DNA from: a virus
Length of the DNA: 64,000 nt
IMG/VR virus record: IMGVR_UViG_3300002144_000089
Span: 1,098-65,097 of that record
Strand: one strand, 5' to 3'
Below, piece after piece: positions 16,170 to 27,000 of this stretch (position 1 is its first letter; every line of letters begins with the position of its first letter). The position numbers and the translations under genes are program-made. The notes under the pieces are model-generated. The model worked only from the letters and a program-made list of their open reading frames with translations, did not search any database and was not told where the DNA came from.

Positions 16170-17534
16170 ATGTCAGAAAACGATGGCGGCTTACCAGAAG
16201 AAAGCCAAGGAAAATTAGAACAATTAAACGCTGTTACCATTAATCCCCGCAGCCCTTGGAAAATTGACGGACGTTCAGTTGTTCAAAATTATGATGACTT
16301 AATAGAGTTTGGTCAGGATTTGTTTTCTGCTGCTAGAACTGAACGTCCAACTGCTAAAATAGCAACCGTAATAGTAATTGACAATGACTCAAATACTCAA
16401 CACTATCCAAATAATAAACAGTTTTGGATGGGTGCTTATACTAAAGGGCAAGAGGATGCTGGACTTATATGGAAACCTTTTACTGAATTTTTTATTGGAT
16501 TAAGAGACGCTGGAAATACAAAATATCTAACCACAATCCAAAACACATTTATTGGCAGATTTAAAGGTGTAGCAGTTGGTAGCTATCAAGGTATTCCAAT
16601 TGTAGTTCCTGATCCAAATATAGATCACACTAGACCAATTGTACAAGCTGAAGCTACAACAAGTACTACTACTGGAGTTACTGTTATAACCAAAACAACT
16701 GCGGATCCTCGAGCAGCAGGTGTTGTAACTGAAAGCGAAACTGTTCCGGCTGCTGTTACTACTCCAACAGAATTAACTGCTGAACAACGTAAATGGTTAG
16801 GCAATGCTGATCCTACAGATCCGTACATTCTTGCCCGTATGCGAGCTGCTACAGGTTCTAGATCTAGTCAAAGTGCAGGACCACTTGCATCACTTTTAGC
16901 ACAAGTTAAAGCAACTACAGGAGTAAATCCGTGTTTGCCAAATAATCCTCCTGCAAGCGCAGGAACAAGCGGCTCAGGAGCAACTCCGCCTCGGGCTGAA
17001 CCGTATCAAGATGCTATTTTAAGACAAGCTAGGGCATCTGCCGCTGCACCGGCATCAACAGTTCCTGCAACAACTGCCAGAGGAGGCAGAGGCAACGGCG
17101 CAGCAGAACTTGCACAACGCCGTGCAGACGCTGCTACAGCTACTGCTACTGCTACAGCGCCTACTACAGTTACACAAACATCGTCGACACCTACGAGTAC
17201 AAACCAGTCAGCCGCAGGAAATCCGCGCCCTCCGAGTATATACGTATACGAACCGTTAACGCCAGGATTTGATAGATATGATTTTAACACTGGTAAAAAA
17301 GTTTATACACCAGATGCAGGCCCAAGCAGAAACGCATCATCGCAACCAGTTGTTCCCCAACCCACACCACGAGTGCCTTCAAATGCAAACACTCCTGCGT
17401 ATACTAGCAGCACAGTGAACAATGCAACAACTTCTGCAATCGCAAAAGGACCTGATCAAACTATAGATTATTCCGACGGCACCGGGGCAAATACTGGTGG
17501 TTGGAAACCTCCAGCATATGCAATTACTAAGTAA
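16170..17534 (+). CDS. Hypothetical 454-aa protein with a Thr/Ala/Pro/Ser-rich C-terminal two thirds
   Basis: Long ORF filling the gap between hub and gp5; low complexity. Confidence 0.55.
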   Translation: MSENDGGLPEESQGKLEQLNAVTINPRSPWKIDGRSVVQNYDDLIEFGQDLFSAARTERPTAKIATVIVIDNDSNTQHYPNNKQFWMGAYTKGQEDAGLIWKPFTEFFIGLRDAGNTKYLTTIQNTFIGRFKGVAVGSYQGIPIVVPDPNIDHTRPIVQAEATTSTTTGVTVITKTTADPRAAGVVTESETVPAAVTTPTELTAEQRKWLGNADPTDPYILARMRAATGSRSSQSAGPLASLLAQVKATTGVNPCLPNNPPASAGTSGSGATPPRAEPYQDAILRQARASAAAPASTVPATTARGGRGNGAAELAQRRADAATATATATAPTTVTQTSSTPTSTNQSAAGNPRPPSIYVYEPLTPGFDRYDFNTGKKVYTPDAGPSRNASSQPVVPQPTPRVPSNANTPAYTSSTVNNATTSAIAKGPDQTIDYSDGTGANTGGWKPPAYAITK

Positions 17535-17572
17535 ATGATAAAATTTAAAAGAATAACAGGAACTAATTACTA

Positions 17573-20053
17573 ATGGCAAACGGAAATTATACAAGAACAA
17601 CGTCTAATAATAATGTTGATTTTAAAAATGCAGGACCGTATGAAGCTATTGTTGTTAACAATTTAGATACAAAATATATGGGCGGGCTTGTTGTTGAGTT
17701 GTTAAGATATACAAGTGCTGGCGGCACACCCGAGCGCAGCGGGCAGCTATTAAATGTAAGATATTTAAGTCCGTTTTACGGTGTTACTCCAAATGCTGCA
17801 CTTACGGCAAACGACGGTTATGAGCATACTCAAAAGTCATACGGCATGTGGATGGTTCCGCCTGATGTAGGTACTAAAGTTCTTGTAATATTTGCAGAAG
17901 GCAATGCAAACTTTGGCTATTGGATTGGATGTATTCCTGCAGACTATATGAATTTCATGGTGCCTGACGGCAGAGCATCAACTGAAAACACAACTGGAAT
18001 TACGCCACCGACACTAAGGGGAAGAAAACTTCCAGCAGGTGAATATAATAAAGCAATTGAAAGCGGATCTAAAGTTGATCCTACTTTGTTTGCTAAACCG
18101 TATAATAAAGACTTTGCAGAGTCTTTAGAAATTCAAGGACTGTTAAATGACGAAACTCGCGGCACAACTACAACTAGTGCAAGACGAGAAATTCCTAGTA
18201 TGGTATTTGGTATAAGCACACCTGGACCTAAAGATCGAAGAGACGGTTCGCCTACAGTAGAAATTGGCACAGCAGGAAATAAAGTTGCAGTTCCTTCAAA
18301 CAGATTAGGCGGTACTAGTTTTGTAATGGACGACGGCGACGAGAGATTTGTGCGTACCACACACGCAGAAGACGGTCCTCCAATTTATAAAAACAAAGGT
18401 GCTAATGAAACTGGCGGCGACAGAACTATTCCGCAAAATGAATTGATGCGTTTTAGAACTAGAACTGGCCATCAAATACTAATGCACAACAGTGAAGATT
18501 TAATCTATATTGGAAACGCTCGCGGAACTACTTGGATTGAAATGACCAGTGATGGTAAGATTGATATCCATGCACAAGATAGTGTTAGTATTATGACTGA
18601 AAATGATTTAAACATTACAGCAGAACGTGATATTAACATGGAAGCTGGTAGAAATGTTAACATTAAAGCAGCTGGTAGAGCACAAGGTGCTGACTCTGGT
18701 AGAGTTCAAATTGAATCTAAAACAGATTTTAATTTGCATGTTGGTGCAAACAGTAAAATTACGGTAGCAAAAAATCAACACATTACCGTAAAAGAAAGTC
18801 AGTACATTGATACGACTAAATCATTACACATTAAATCAGGACAAGACAATCGCCTTACAGCAACTGGTAACACGTTTATTAATAGTGGAAAAGAACATAG
18901 AGAAACAGCAAAGTATGTTCATATGAATGGACCAGTTGCTCCTATAGCAAATTCAGCACAACAAGTGACTCCACTAAGCACAAACACCTTGCCTCGTGTT
19001 AAGCCAGGCGGCGTAATAAGTGGTTATGACAGCATATTAACTAGATCTCCTCAACACGAACCATGGCCGCATCATGAAAATTTAGATCCTATAGCATTTA
19101 AGAAAATTCAAACAGATAGAGAAAGACCAGGAGCACTTCCTAGTGCAGATCGTGTTCTTACTCCTGACACTTTTGATAAAAACTTGCAAGGTAGAGTAAG
19201 TAGTGCATATGTAACAGGCAGTGGCGGAAACGTAACTACTGGAGTTCAAAGTCGTGCAGGAGGAAACGGACAACCGTCAGTGCCACCAGGTGATTACACT
19301 AGTAGTCATACGTTTGATTTTAATATCGGTGCATTAAGTGAAAAATACGAGTCACGCGGTGATCCTGCAACAATTGGTTGGGATAGTACTGGCGGCTGGA
19401 GTTATGGAAAATATCAACTTGCAGCAAATACAGGAGCAATGAACGAATTCCATACTTGGTTAGCTAGAGCGCATTCTAGTTTAGAATCTCAACTAAGTGC
19501 AGCAGGAGGTGCAGCAGGAGCAAGAGCAGGTACAGAAGCGTACAAAGCAGCTTGGGCACAAGTAATGGGTACTGATGCAGGCGGAAATGCACAAAGCGAA
19601 TATACAGCCCTTGCATACTTTACTCCAGCAAATAGACTGATTAACAATGCAATTGGTCTTGAATCTACACTACGAGCTAGAACAGTTCAGCAAATGGTAT
19701 TTTCAACCTCAATTCAACACGGTCCGGGCGGCGCAAGAAATGTTTTCCGTAGGGCATTAGAAGGGCTAGGTTATCCGCCTAACGCTATAACTGCAACTGA
19801 ACCTACTGACGCTGCATTAATTAGAGCAGTGTATGCAGAACGCCGTGCTGAAAATGGCGCTAGATATTTCCCTAGCAGTACTCAACAAGTTAGAAATAGC
19901 GTTGTTAATAGATTCCATAATGAAGAAGCTGACGCTCTTAGAAGTCTAGAACAAGAAATTGCAGCAGCACAAGCTAATCCGCCAACATCAGACCCAACAG
20001 ATAACAGTGCTGCAACAGCAACAGTAGCACCGCATCGTTCTAGCGCACAATAA
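17573..20053 (+). CDS. gp5: Baseplate spike gp5-like with a C-terminal lysozyme-like domain
   Basis: OB-fold YGMWMVPPDVGTKVLVIFAEG...YWIGC; RFRTRTGHQILMH and beta-helix repeats; C-terminal LSEKYES...GGWSYGKYQL...STSIQHGP. Confidence 0.8.
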   Translation: MANGNYTRTTSNNNVDFKNAGPYEAIVVNNLDTKYMGGLVVELLRYTSAGGTPERSGQLLNVRYLSPFYGVTPNAALTANDGYEHTQKSYGMWMVPPDVGTKVLVIFAEGNANFGYWIGCIPADYMNFMVPDGRASTENTTGITPPTLRGRKLPAGEYNKAIESGSKVDPTLFAKPYNKDFAESLEIQGLLNDETRGTTTTSARREIPSMVFGISTPGPKDRRDGSPTVEIGTAGNKVAVPSNRLGGTSFVMDDGDERFVRTTHAEDGPPIYKNKGANETGGDRTIPQNELMRFRTRTGHQILMHNSEDLIYIGNARGTTWIEMTSDGKIDIHAQDSVSIMTENDLNITAERDINMEAGRNVNIKAAGRAQGADSGRVQIESKTDFNLHVGANSKITVAKNQHITVKESQYIDTTKSLHIKSGQDNRLTATGNTFINSGKEHRETAKYVHMNGPVAPIANSAQQVTPLSTNTLPRVKPGGVISGYDSILTRSPQHEPWPHHENLDPIAFKKIQTDRERPGALPSADRVLTPDTFDKNLQGRVSSAYVTGSGGNVTTGVQSRAGGNGQPSVPPGDYTSSHTFDFNIGALSEKYESRGDPATIGWDSTGGWSYGKYQLAANTGAMNEFHTWLARAHSSLESQLSAAGGAAGARAGTEAYKAAWAQVMGTDAGGNAQSEYTALAYFTPANRLINNAIGLESTLRARTVQQMVFSTSIQHGPGGARNVFRRALEGLGYPPNAITATEPTDAALIRAVYAERRAENGARYFPSSTQQVRNSVVNRFHNEEADALRSLEQEIAAAQANPPTSDPTDNSAATATVAPHRSSAQ

Positions 20054-20055
20054 GG

Positions 20056-20062
20056 GTAAATA
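20056..20062 (+). promoter_or_regulatory. Late promoter-like GTAAATA
   Basis: TAAATA core just before gp25-like; very close to the ATG, so it would give a nearly leaderless transcript. Confidence 0.35.
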
Positions 20063-20066
20063 TAGT

Positions 20067-20501
20067 ATGAGCCAATTAGAAAAAAATCTGTATAAACGAG
20101 TAACTGTAAGTCAACCTGCACAAGTAGCTACCTCAGGTAGAAAGTATAGGGGATTTTCTACAGTTGCAGATGCTAAAAGTTTTAGTGTATACGATTTTGA
20201 ACTTATTAAACAAGACTTAATAAATCATTTTCATATACGTCAAACTGAAAAACTAAGTGATCCTACATTTGGGACTATTATCTGGGATATATTGTATGAG
20301 CCATTTACAATTGAAGTGCAAGAAGCAATAATTGAAGATGTTACTCGTATTATTAATTACGATCCTAGAATAAAAGCTGAAGACATTGTAATAGATACTT
20401 ACGAACAAGGTATACAAATCGATTGTACTATAACTGTACTTCCGTTTGGAGTAACCGACCAATTACGCTTTAAATTCGATAAAGAAAACGGGCTACTTTA
20501 A
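20067..20501 (+). CDS. gp25: Baseplate wedge subunit gp25-like
   Basis: DFELIKQDLINHFHIRQTEKLSDPTFGTIIWDILYEP...IINYDPRI GPW/gp25 family pattern. Confidence 0.85.
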   Translation: MSQLEKNLYKRVTVSQPAQVATSGRKYRGFSTVADAKSFSVYDFELIKQDLINHFHIRQTEKLSDPTFGTIIWDILYEPFTIEVQEAIIEDVTRIINYDPRIKAEDIVIDTYEQGIQIDCTITVLPFGVTDQLRFKFDKENGLL

Positions 20502-20534
20502 CGCTAAGAATTAAATACGCACTTTTTCTTATAA

Positions 20535-20542
20535 GATAAATA
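20535..20542 (+). promoter_or_regulatory. Late promoter variant GATAAATA
   Basis: 25 nt upstream of the gp6-like ATG; AAGGA RBS. Confidence 0.55.
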
Positions 20543-20566
20543 TTATCAGTAAACAAGGAAACGTAC

Positions 20567-23500
20567 ATGTCTTCAAGCGATAGACAGTCAAGGTTATTAG
20601 TAGCTGAAGACTGGAAAAGAATTTACCAATCATTTAGAAACGCTGATTTCCAGAGTTATGACTTTGATAATCTTCGTCGTACAATGATCAATTATCTGCG
20701 TCAAAATTACCCAGAGGATTTTAACGATTACATTGAGTCAAGCGAATATCTTGCACTGATTGATATGATTGCTTTCCTTGGGCAAAACTTATCATTTCGA
20801 ATTGATTTAAATGCTAGAGAAAACTTTCTCGAAACAGCAGAACGTAGAGAAAGCGTACTACGCCTTGCACGTATGTTGTCTTACAATCCTCGCAGAAATC
20901 AAGCAGCAAACGGTTTACTAAAATTTGATACAATTAAAACAACTGAAAATATTTTAGATAGTAATGGACTAAATTTAGCAGGTATTACTATTAAATGGAA
21001 TGACCAAACCAATTCAAGTTACTTTGAACAGTTTGTTAAAATTATGAATTCGGCATTACCTTTGGCTAATTCAATCGGTAATCCTTTGAAGTCTGCATTA
21101 ATTGCAGATGTACAAACACAAAAATATCGCATTAATGCAACAAACACCGGCCAAGCAATTTATCCTTTTACTAAGCGTATTGAAGGAGTAAGCACACGTT
21201 TTGAAATTGTAAGTACAGATATTACAACAGAAGATATTTTAGAAGAAGCGCCGCTGCCAGGCAATAGTCCTGCATTTTTATTCCGTGATGACGGACAAGG
21301 CGCCGGCAGTACTAATACTGGTTTCTTTATGCACTTTCGCCAAGGCAAACTTGAAACAGGAAACTTTGCAGTAACAAATCCTACACCGAATCAAGCAGTA
21401 CAAATTGATGCTGAAAATATTAACGATACTGATGTTTGGTTATTCTCTTTAAACAGTGCAGGTTTTGAAAACAATCAGTGGACAAAGATTGACTCAACCG
21501 AAGGCAACAATGTTATCTATAATAGTTTGTTTAATAAGACTAGAGACGTGTTTGCAGTAACTACTAGAATTGGTGATAGAATTAATCTAGTATTCAGCGA
21601 CGGTGTATTTGGAAATTTACCTGCAGGCAATTTTAGATCATATTATAGAACTAGCTCTAACATAAGAAGTGTAATTACACCTAGTGCAATTAACACAGTA
21701 AGTATTGAAATCCCCTACCAATCAAGAAACGGCTCGGCACAAACTCTTACTATTGGGCTTAAACTAAACTATACAGTTAGTAACGGTACTGCTACTGAAA
21801 CTAATGCAGAAATTAAACAAAATGCACCTACAACGTATTATACACAAAATCGTTTAATTACAGGTGAAGATTATAACATTGGCCCGCTGGCTATTAGTCA
21901 AGATATCATTAAAACTAAAAGCTCAAATAGAATATCAAGCGGTATTAGTAGATTCTTTGATTTAAAAGATGCTAGCGGAAAGTATTCAACTACTAGTTTG
22001 TTTGCAGACGACGGCGTAATTTATAAAGAAGAATTTGTTGAAAAACAGTCATTTACATTTGCTACACAAACAGATATTGAAGGTGTCATATATAATACTA
22101 TTGAAGGAATTTTAGGAAGTGTAAATACACAAAATTTCTATCTTGCAAAATATCCAAAAATTATTGTTAGTGATCTTAATGCCACATGGTCACAATCAAG
22201 TACAAGCACAAATCAGTCACTTGGATTATTTCAAGACATTGACAGTAATGCGTATTCGGTAGGTAGTTTTACTGCTAACAGTTTGCGTTTATTAGAAGCT
22301 GGAACAATGTTAAAATTTGTAGCACCGACTGGACAGCATTTTATGCCAGACGGCTCTTTGATGGTCGATGCGGGACCAGACCATCTAGGCATGACAACTT
22401 ACAAATGGGCTAAAATAGTATCTGTAACAGGCGACGGAACAACAATAGACGAAGACGGAATTGCACCTATTGCATTAAACGATACAATCCCAACTGGGGC
22501 AATATTGCAGCAAGTAGTTCCTAATTTTTCTAAAGTATTAATTAATGATATAAAAGTAGAACTAATCGATCAAGTATTTGAATACAAAGATTTTGCTTTA
22601 AGGTACGATCAATACGACAGACAGTGGAAAATTGTATTAGCAGAAGATATCAATACTCTTAATGCATTTGCTACAGGAAAAGCTGGCGACATTAGTGGTG
22701 AAAATCTTGATGCAAGTTGGATGTTGTATTTTAAAACAGATGGCGAAAAATATACAATTACATATCGCAATTTAAGATACGTAATGGAAAGTGCTGACGA
22801 AATTCGATTCTTCTTTGACGCAGCTGATAAAATTTACGATCCTTCAACCGGTCAAATTGTTAGAGACAAAATTGATATTCTAAATATTAATCGTAAGCCA
22901 GGTGAACTAACACCGTTTACAACAGACTTTAACTGGACAATCACTGATGCATACAGAGATGCTGAAGGCTACTTAGATAGCCGTAAAATACAAGTTCAAT
23001 TTATTGATCTTGATGATGACGGTGTAGTTGATGACCCAGATATTTTTGAGCAAATTGTTGGCGAAGAAAATACTAGCATTGCAACAGCAGCTAAACTAAT
23101 ATTTCAAAAGAAGTACACTACTACCGACGGAGTAGAAGATTTTAAATATTTTGCAAATGATACTGCTGAAATAATTGTAGTACAAAACGAAGCAGCAATT
23201 TCTCCGTATAGCGCACGTTTAGAAGGACAAATATTCTATCTAATTGACGAAGGCATTTTTAGAAAACTTAATAAGGCACTAAACAATACAGTAATTAATA
23301 CAGATTACAAAGCATATTTTGGCCGCGCAGATTTAAAATTCCACTATACACACGTTGCTGATAGTGGATATAGAATTGACCCAAGTGCAAGTAATATAAT
23401 TGATACACATATTTTGTCGAAGTCTTATGATATACAAGTAAAGCAATATATTGCTGGAACAATTCTAACAAAACCTAAGCCGCCGAGCAATGATGAATTG

Positions 23501-24046
23501 TTTAGAAGTTATGGTACTGAAATCAATAAAATAAAAAGTATAAGTGACGAAGTAATTTATCATCCTGCAAAATATAAGATATTATTTGGCGATAAAGCAG
23601 CGCCGGACTTACAAGTTAGATTTAAAATTGTTAAAAACACCAATATGGTTATTAATGACAATGAACTTAAATCAGATATTATTGATGCAATTAATAAGTT
23701 TTTTGATATTGAAAACTGGGACTTTGGAGAGACGTTTTACTTCCAAGAGCTTAGTGCTTATATTATAAATGAGCTATCTCCTAAACTGGTAAGTATATTA
23801 ATAGTTCCAAGGCAGACGACACAGTCATTTGGTAGCTTATTTGAAATTAAAAGTGAACCAGATGAGATATTTGCAAGTGCTGCTAAGGTAAGTGATATTG
23901 AAACAATTGACCAGATAACAGCTACAAATTTACAAGCTAGTGGTACAGTAATTAATAGTGTATCGACTAGCACAACCGCAGGAATAACAAGCAGTGCATC
24001 AACAGCAACAACAACTAATTCAACAGGTGGAGGCTATAGTTACTAA
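20567..24046 (+). CDS. gp6: Baseplate wedge subunit gp6-like (1159 aa)
   Basis: DFDNLRRTMINYL...LIDMIAF...ENFLETAERRESVLRLARMLSYNP and AP...TQNRLITGEDY motifs. Confidence 0.85.
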   Translation: MSSSDRQSRLLVAEDWKRIYQSFRNADFQSYDFDNLRRTMINYLRQNYPEDFNDYIESSEYLALIDMIAFLGQNLSFRIDLNARENFLETAERRESVLRLARMLSYNPRRNQAANGLLKFDTIKTTENILDSNGLNLAGITIKWNDQTNSSYFEQFVKIMNSALPLANSIGNPLKSALIADVQTQKYRINATNTGQAIYPFTKRIEGVSTRFEIVSTDITTEDILEEAPLPGNSPAFLFRDDGQGAGSTNTGFFMHFRQGKLETGNFAVTNPTPNQAVQIDAENINDTDVWLFSLNSAGFENNQWTKIDSTEGNNVIYNSLFNKTRDVFAVTTRIGDRINLVFSDGVFGNLPAGNFRSYYRTSSNIRSVITPSAINTVSIEIPYQSRNGSAQTLTIGLKLNYTVSNGTATETNAEIKQNAPTTYYTQNRLITGEDYNIGPLAISQDIIKTKSSNRISSGISRFFDLKDASGKYSTTSLFADDGVIYKEEFVEKQSFTFATQTDIEGVIYNTIEGILGSVNTQNFYLAKYPKIIVSDLNATWSQSSTSTNQSLGLFQDIDSNAYSVGSFTANSLRLLEAGTMLKFVAPTGQHFMPDGSLMVDAGPDHLGMTTYKWAKIVSVTGDGTTIDEDGIAPIALNDTIPTGAILQQVVPNFSKVLINDIKVELIDQVFEYKDFALRYDQYDRQWKIVLAEDINTLNAFATGKAGDISGENLDASWMLYFKTDGEKYTITYRNLRYVMESADEIRFFFDAADKIYDPSTGQIVRDKIDILNINRKPGELTPFTTDFNWTITDAYRDAEGYLDSRKIQVQFIDLDDDGVVDDPDIFEQIVGEENTSIATAAKLIFQKKYTTTDGVEDFKYFANDTAEIIVVQNEAAISPYSARLEGQIFYLIDEGIFRKLNKALNNTVINTDYKAYFGRADLKFHYTHVADSGYRIDPSASNIIDTHILSKSYDIQVKQYIAGTILTKPKPPSNDELFRSYGTEINKIKSISDEVIYHPAKYKILFGDKAAPDLQVRFKIVKNTNMVINDNELKSDIIDAINKFFDIENWDFGETFYFQELSAYIINELSPKLVSILIVPRQTTQSFGSLFEIKSEPDEIFASAAKVSDIETIDQITATNLQASGTVINSVSTSTTAGITSSASTATTTNSTGGGYSY

Positions 24047-27000
24047 TGGCTAAGAATGATCAAAACGAAAGCGCTCTACCTGTTCCGGGTCAGAATAACA
24101 AAATTACTGCGAGTGATTTTTTACCCAAGTTCTTTAGAACACAGGCAAACAAAAAGTTTTTACAAGGCACACTTGATCAACTTATACAGCCCGGCGTCGC
24201 TGAAAAGATTAATGGTTACTACGGTAGAACAACTGCTAAAGCATACAAAACTACAGACAACTATGTAGATGATGTAACTAATGATAGAACCAATTATCAA
24301 TTAGAACCTGCTACTGTTATCAAAGACAATTATGAAAATGTAACTTTTTACAAAGATTATAATGACTATATTGGTCAGCTAGGAGTTTTTGGTGCAAACA
24401 CTGCTAATCACAGTCGTTTAAACAGTCAAGAAACATATGCATGGAACCCAAATATTGATTGGGACAAATTTGTAAACTTCCGTGAATATTATTGGTTGCC
24501 AAACGGTCCTATTAGTATGCCTGTAAGAGGACAGAGTAGAGAAGTTGTTAGTACGTATGCTGTTACAATAGAAGATCAAGGTGACAACGTTGCTTATGTG
24601 TTTAATGACGGATTAACACGTAATCCTAAACTAAAGCTCTATCGCGGACAGACATACCGTTTTGAAATTGATACACCTGGCCATCCAATGGCAATTGCCA
24701 TCAGCAGAACATTTACTCCTGGTACTGCAATACTAACAGCAGGTACAGAAGGTCTTCGCGGTTCAGGACTGTTTGATGCAGTACTGTACGGTAATGAATA
24801 TGACCAAGGTGAATATATTATTCTTCCAAGCGGCGGCAGCGTAACATTTGCTGCTGATGATAACGTTTCAACATTATATCCAGACGGCATCCGTAAGCTA
24901 GGTGAAGAAGGCGAAGAAGTAGCCATTGCTTATGTCGAAAAAGGCACAATAGAATTTACTATTCCTTTTAATGCACCTGATAAACTATACTACATTAGTA
25001 AAAATGCAGTAGATACTAGCGGTATTTTTAAAATCTATGATATTGAAGAAAATGCGTTCTTAGATGTTGCTGAAGAAATACTAGGTAAGAAGACATATCT
25101 AAGTGCAAATGGTGTAGAACTATCAAACGGAATGAAAATTACATTCCAAGGCGATGTTACACCTGCAATGTACGAAACTAACGATTGGTATGTAGAAGGT
25201 GTTGGCACTAAAATAACTTTAATAAAAGATCAAGATTTAATTATCCCAGCAGCATATAGTGATACTAAGCGTATTCCGTTTGATAGCGATAATTTTGATA
25301 CCCTACCGTTTGGTGATGCAAGTGCATATGCAACCGAAAAAGATTATATTGTAGTTAATAGAGCATCTCTTGACAGAAATGCGTGGAGTCGTTATAATAG
25401 ATGGCACCACAAAGATGTAATCTTAAAAAGTTTTCAATTAAACAATCTTCCTAGAGACGTTGACGAAACTGCTCGTGCAAAACGACCTATTATAGAATTC
25501 GAAGCAGGATTAAAATTAAATAACTTTGGTGCATACGCTAAAACAGATGTTGACTTAATTGACACATACACTACAGATGTATTCAGTACAATTGAAGGAC
25601 AAATAGGTTATAATATTGACGGAGTTAATTTAGCTGATAACATGCGTATATTGTTTACAGCAGACACAGATATATTAGTAAGCGGAAAAATTTATCAAGT
25701 TAAGTTTGTTACAATTGGAAATGTTAGACAAATTAGTTTAGTTGAAACTGTTGATACAACACCAATTGATCTTGAAACAGTATTAGTTACACAAGGCGCA
25801 AAAAATGCTGGTAAGAGTTACCACTATCACGGCAACGCATGGGTAGCTGCACAGGAAAAAACAACACGCAATCAATCACCGTTATTTGAAGTGTTTGATG
25901 TAAATGGAAACAGTTTTAGTGACGGAACATATTACGGATCAACTACATTCAAAGGGTCTAAATTATTTTCATATGCAGTAGGTGAAGGCAATGTAGATAC
26001 CGAATTAGGATTTGCTTTAAGTTATAAATCAATTGAAAACTCGGGTGACATTGTTTTTGACTTTAATTTGTTAAACGATACATTTACATATCAAACTGAA
26101 ACTGATTTATTTTCACAGGCTATTAATAGCGGTTATTTAAAGAAGTTTAAATCACTTACTTTATTTAATTACGTAAATGGGTTTAGTAGTACTCCAGCTG
26201 TTAGTAAACAGTATGTCATAAGAGAATATGTAGCAACAGATATTCAAGTTAACAACTTTAAAATCGATGTTTATAACAACTCAAGTAGTCTAACAGACCT
26301 AAAAATAGTAGTATTTGTAAACAATAAATTAAAATTAGCTAACACCGACTATACAATTGATAAAACTTCTGCTAATGCTGTTGTTGTTTTTAATAATGAT
26401 TTAACAGTTAATGATGTTATTAAAATTAAAACAGATAGTAAAACTATTAAAAATTCTAACGGTTACTATGAGTTTCCGTATAACCTAGAACGTAATCCGT
26501 TAAATGACGATGTTAGTCAATTTACACTAGGCGAGGTAATTGATCACGTTGACAGTATGTTAGAAGACATACCTAGATATTCGGGAGCATACCTTGGTTC
26601 AAGTAACTTACGTGATCTAGGCGACTTAGATCGATACGGCAAACGATTTGTTAAACATAGCGGCCCGATTAACTTACCATTATATCATGTAACTAATAAA
26701 AGTTATAATATTATAAAGGCACTAAAGTATTCTAAAAAAGAGTATTCAAGATTTAAGAAAACTTTCTTAGATACTGCTGCTAGTTTAGGATATGATGGTC
26801 CAATTAAAACTCATGTTGATCTTATTTTAAAAACGATTAACAGTGATAAATTAAAGTCGCAACCGTTTTACTTTTCGGACATGCTTGCATTAGGAGCATC
26901 TAATAAAATTGAATACAAAGTATTAGATTCAAGAGTAACAGATTATCCAATTACTACTAAGTATAATCTTTTAACTTTAAGTTCAAAAAGCATAACTATC

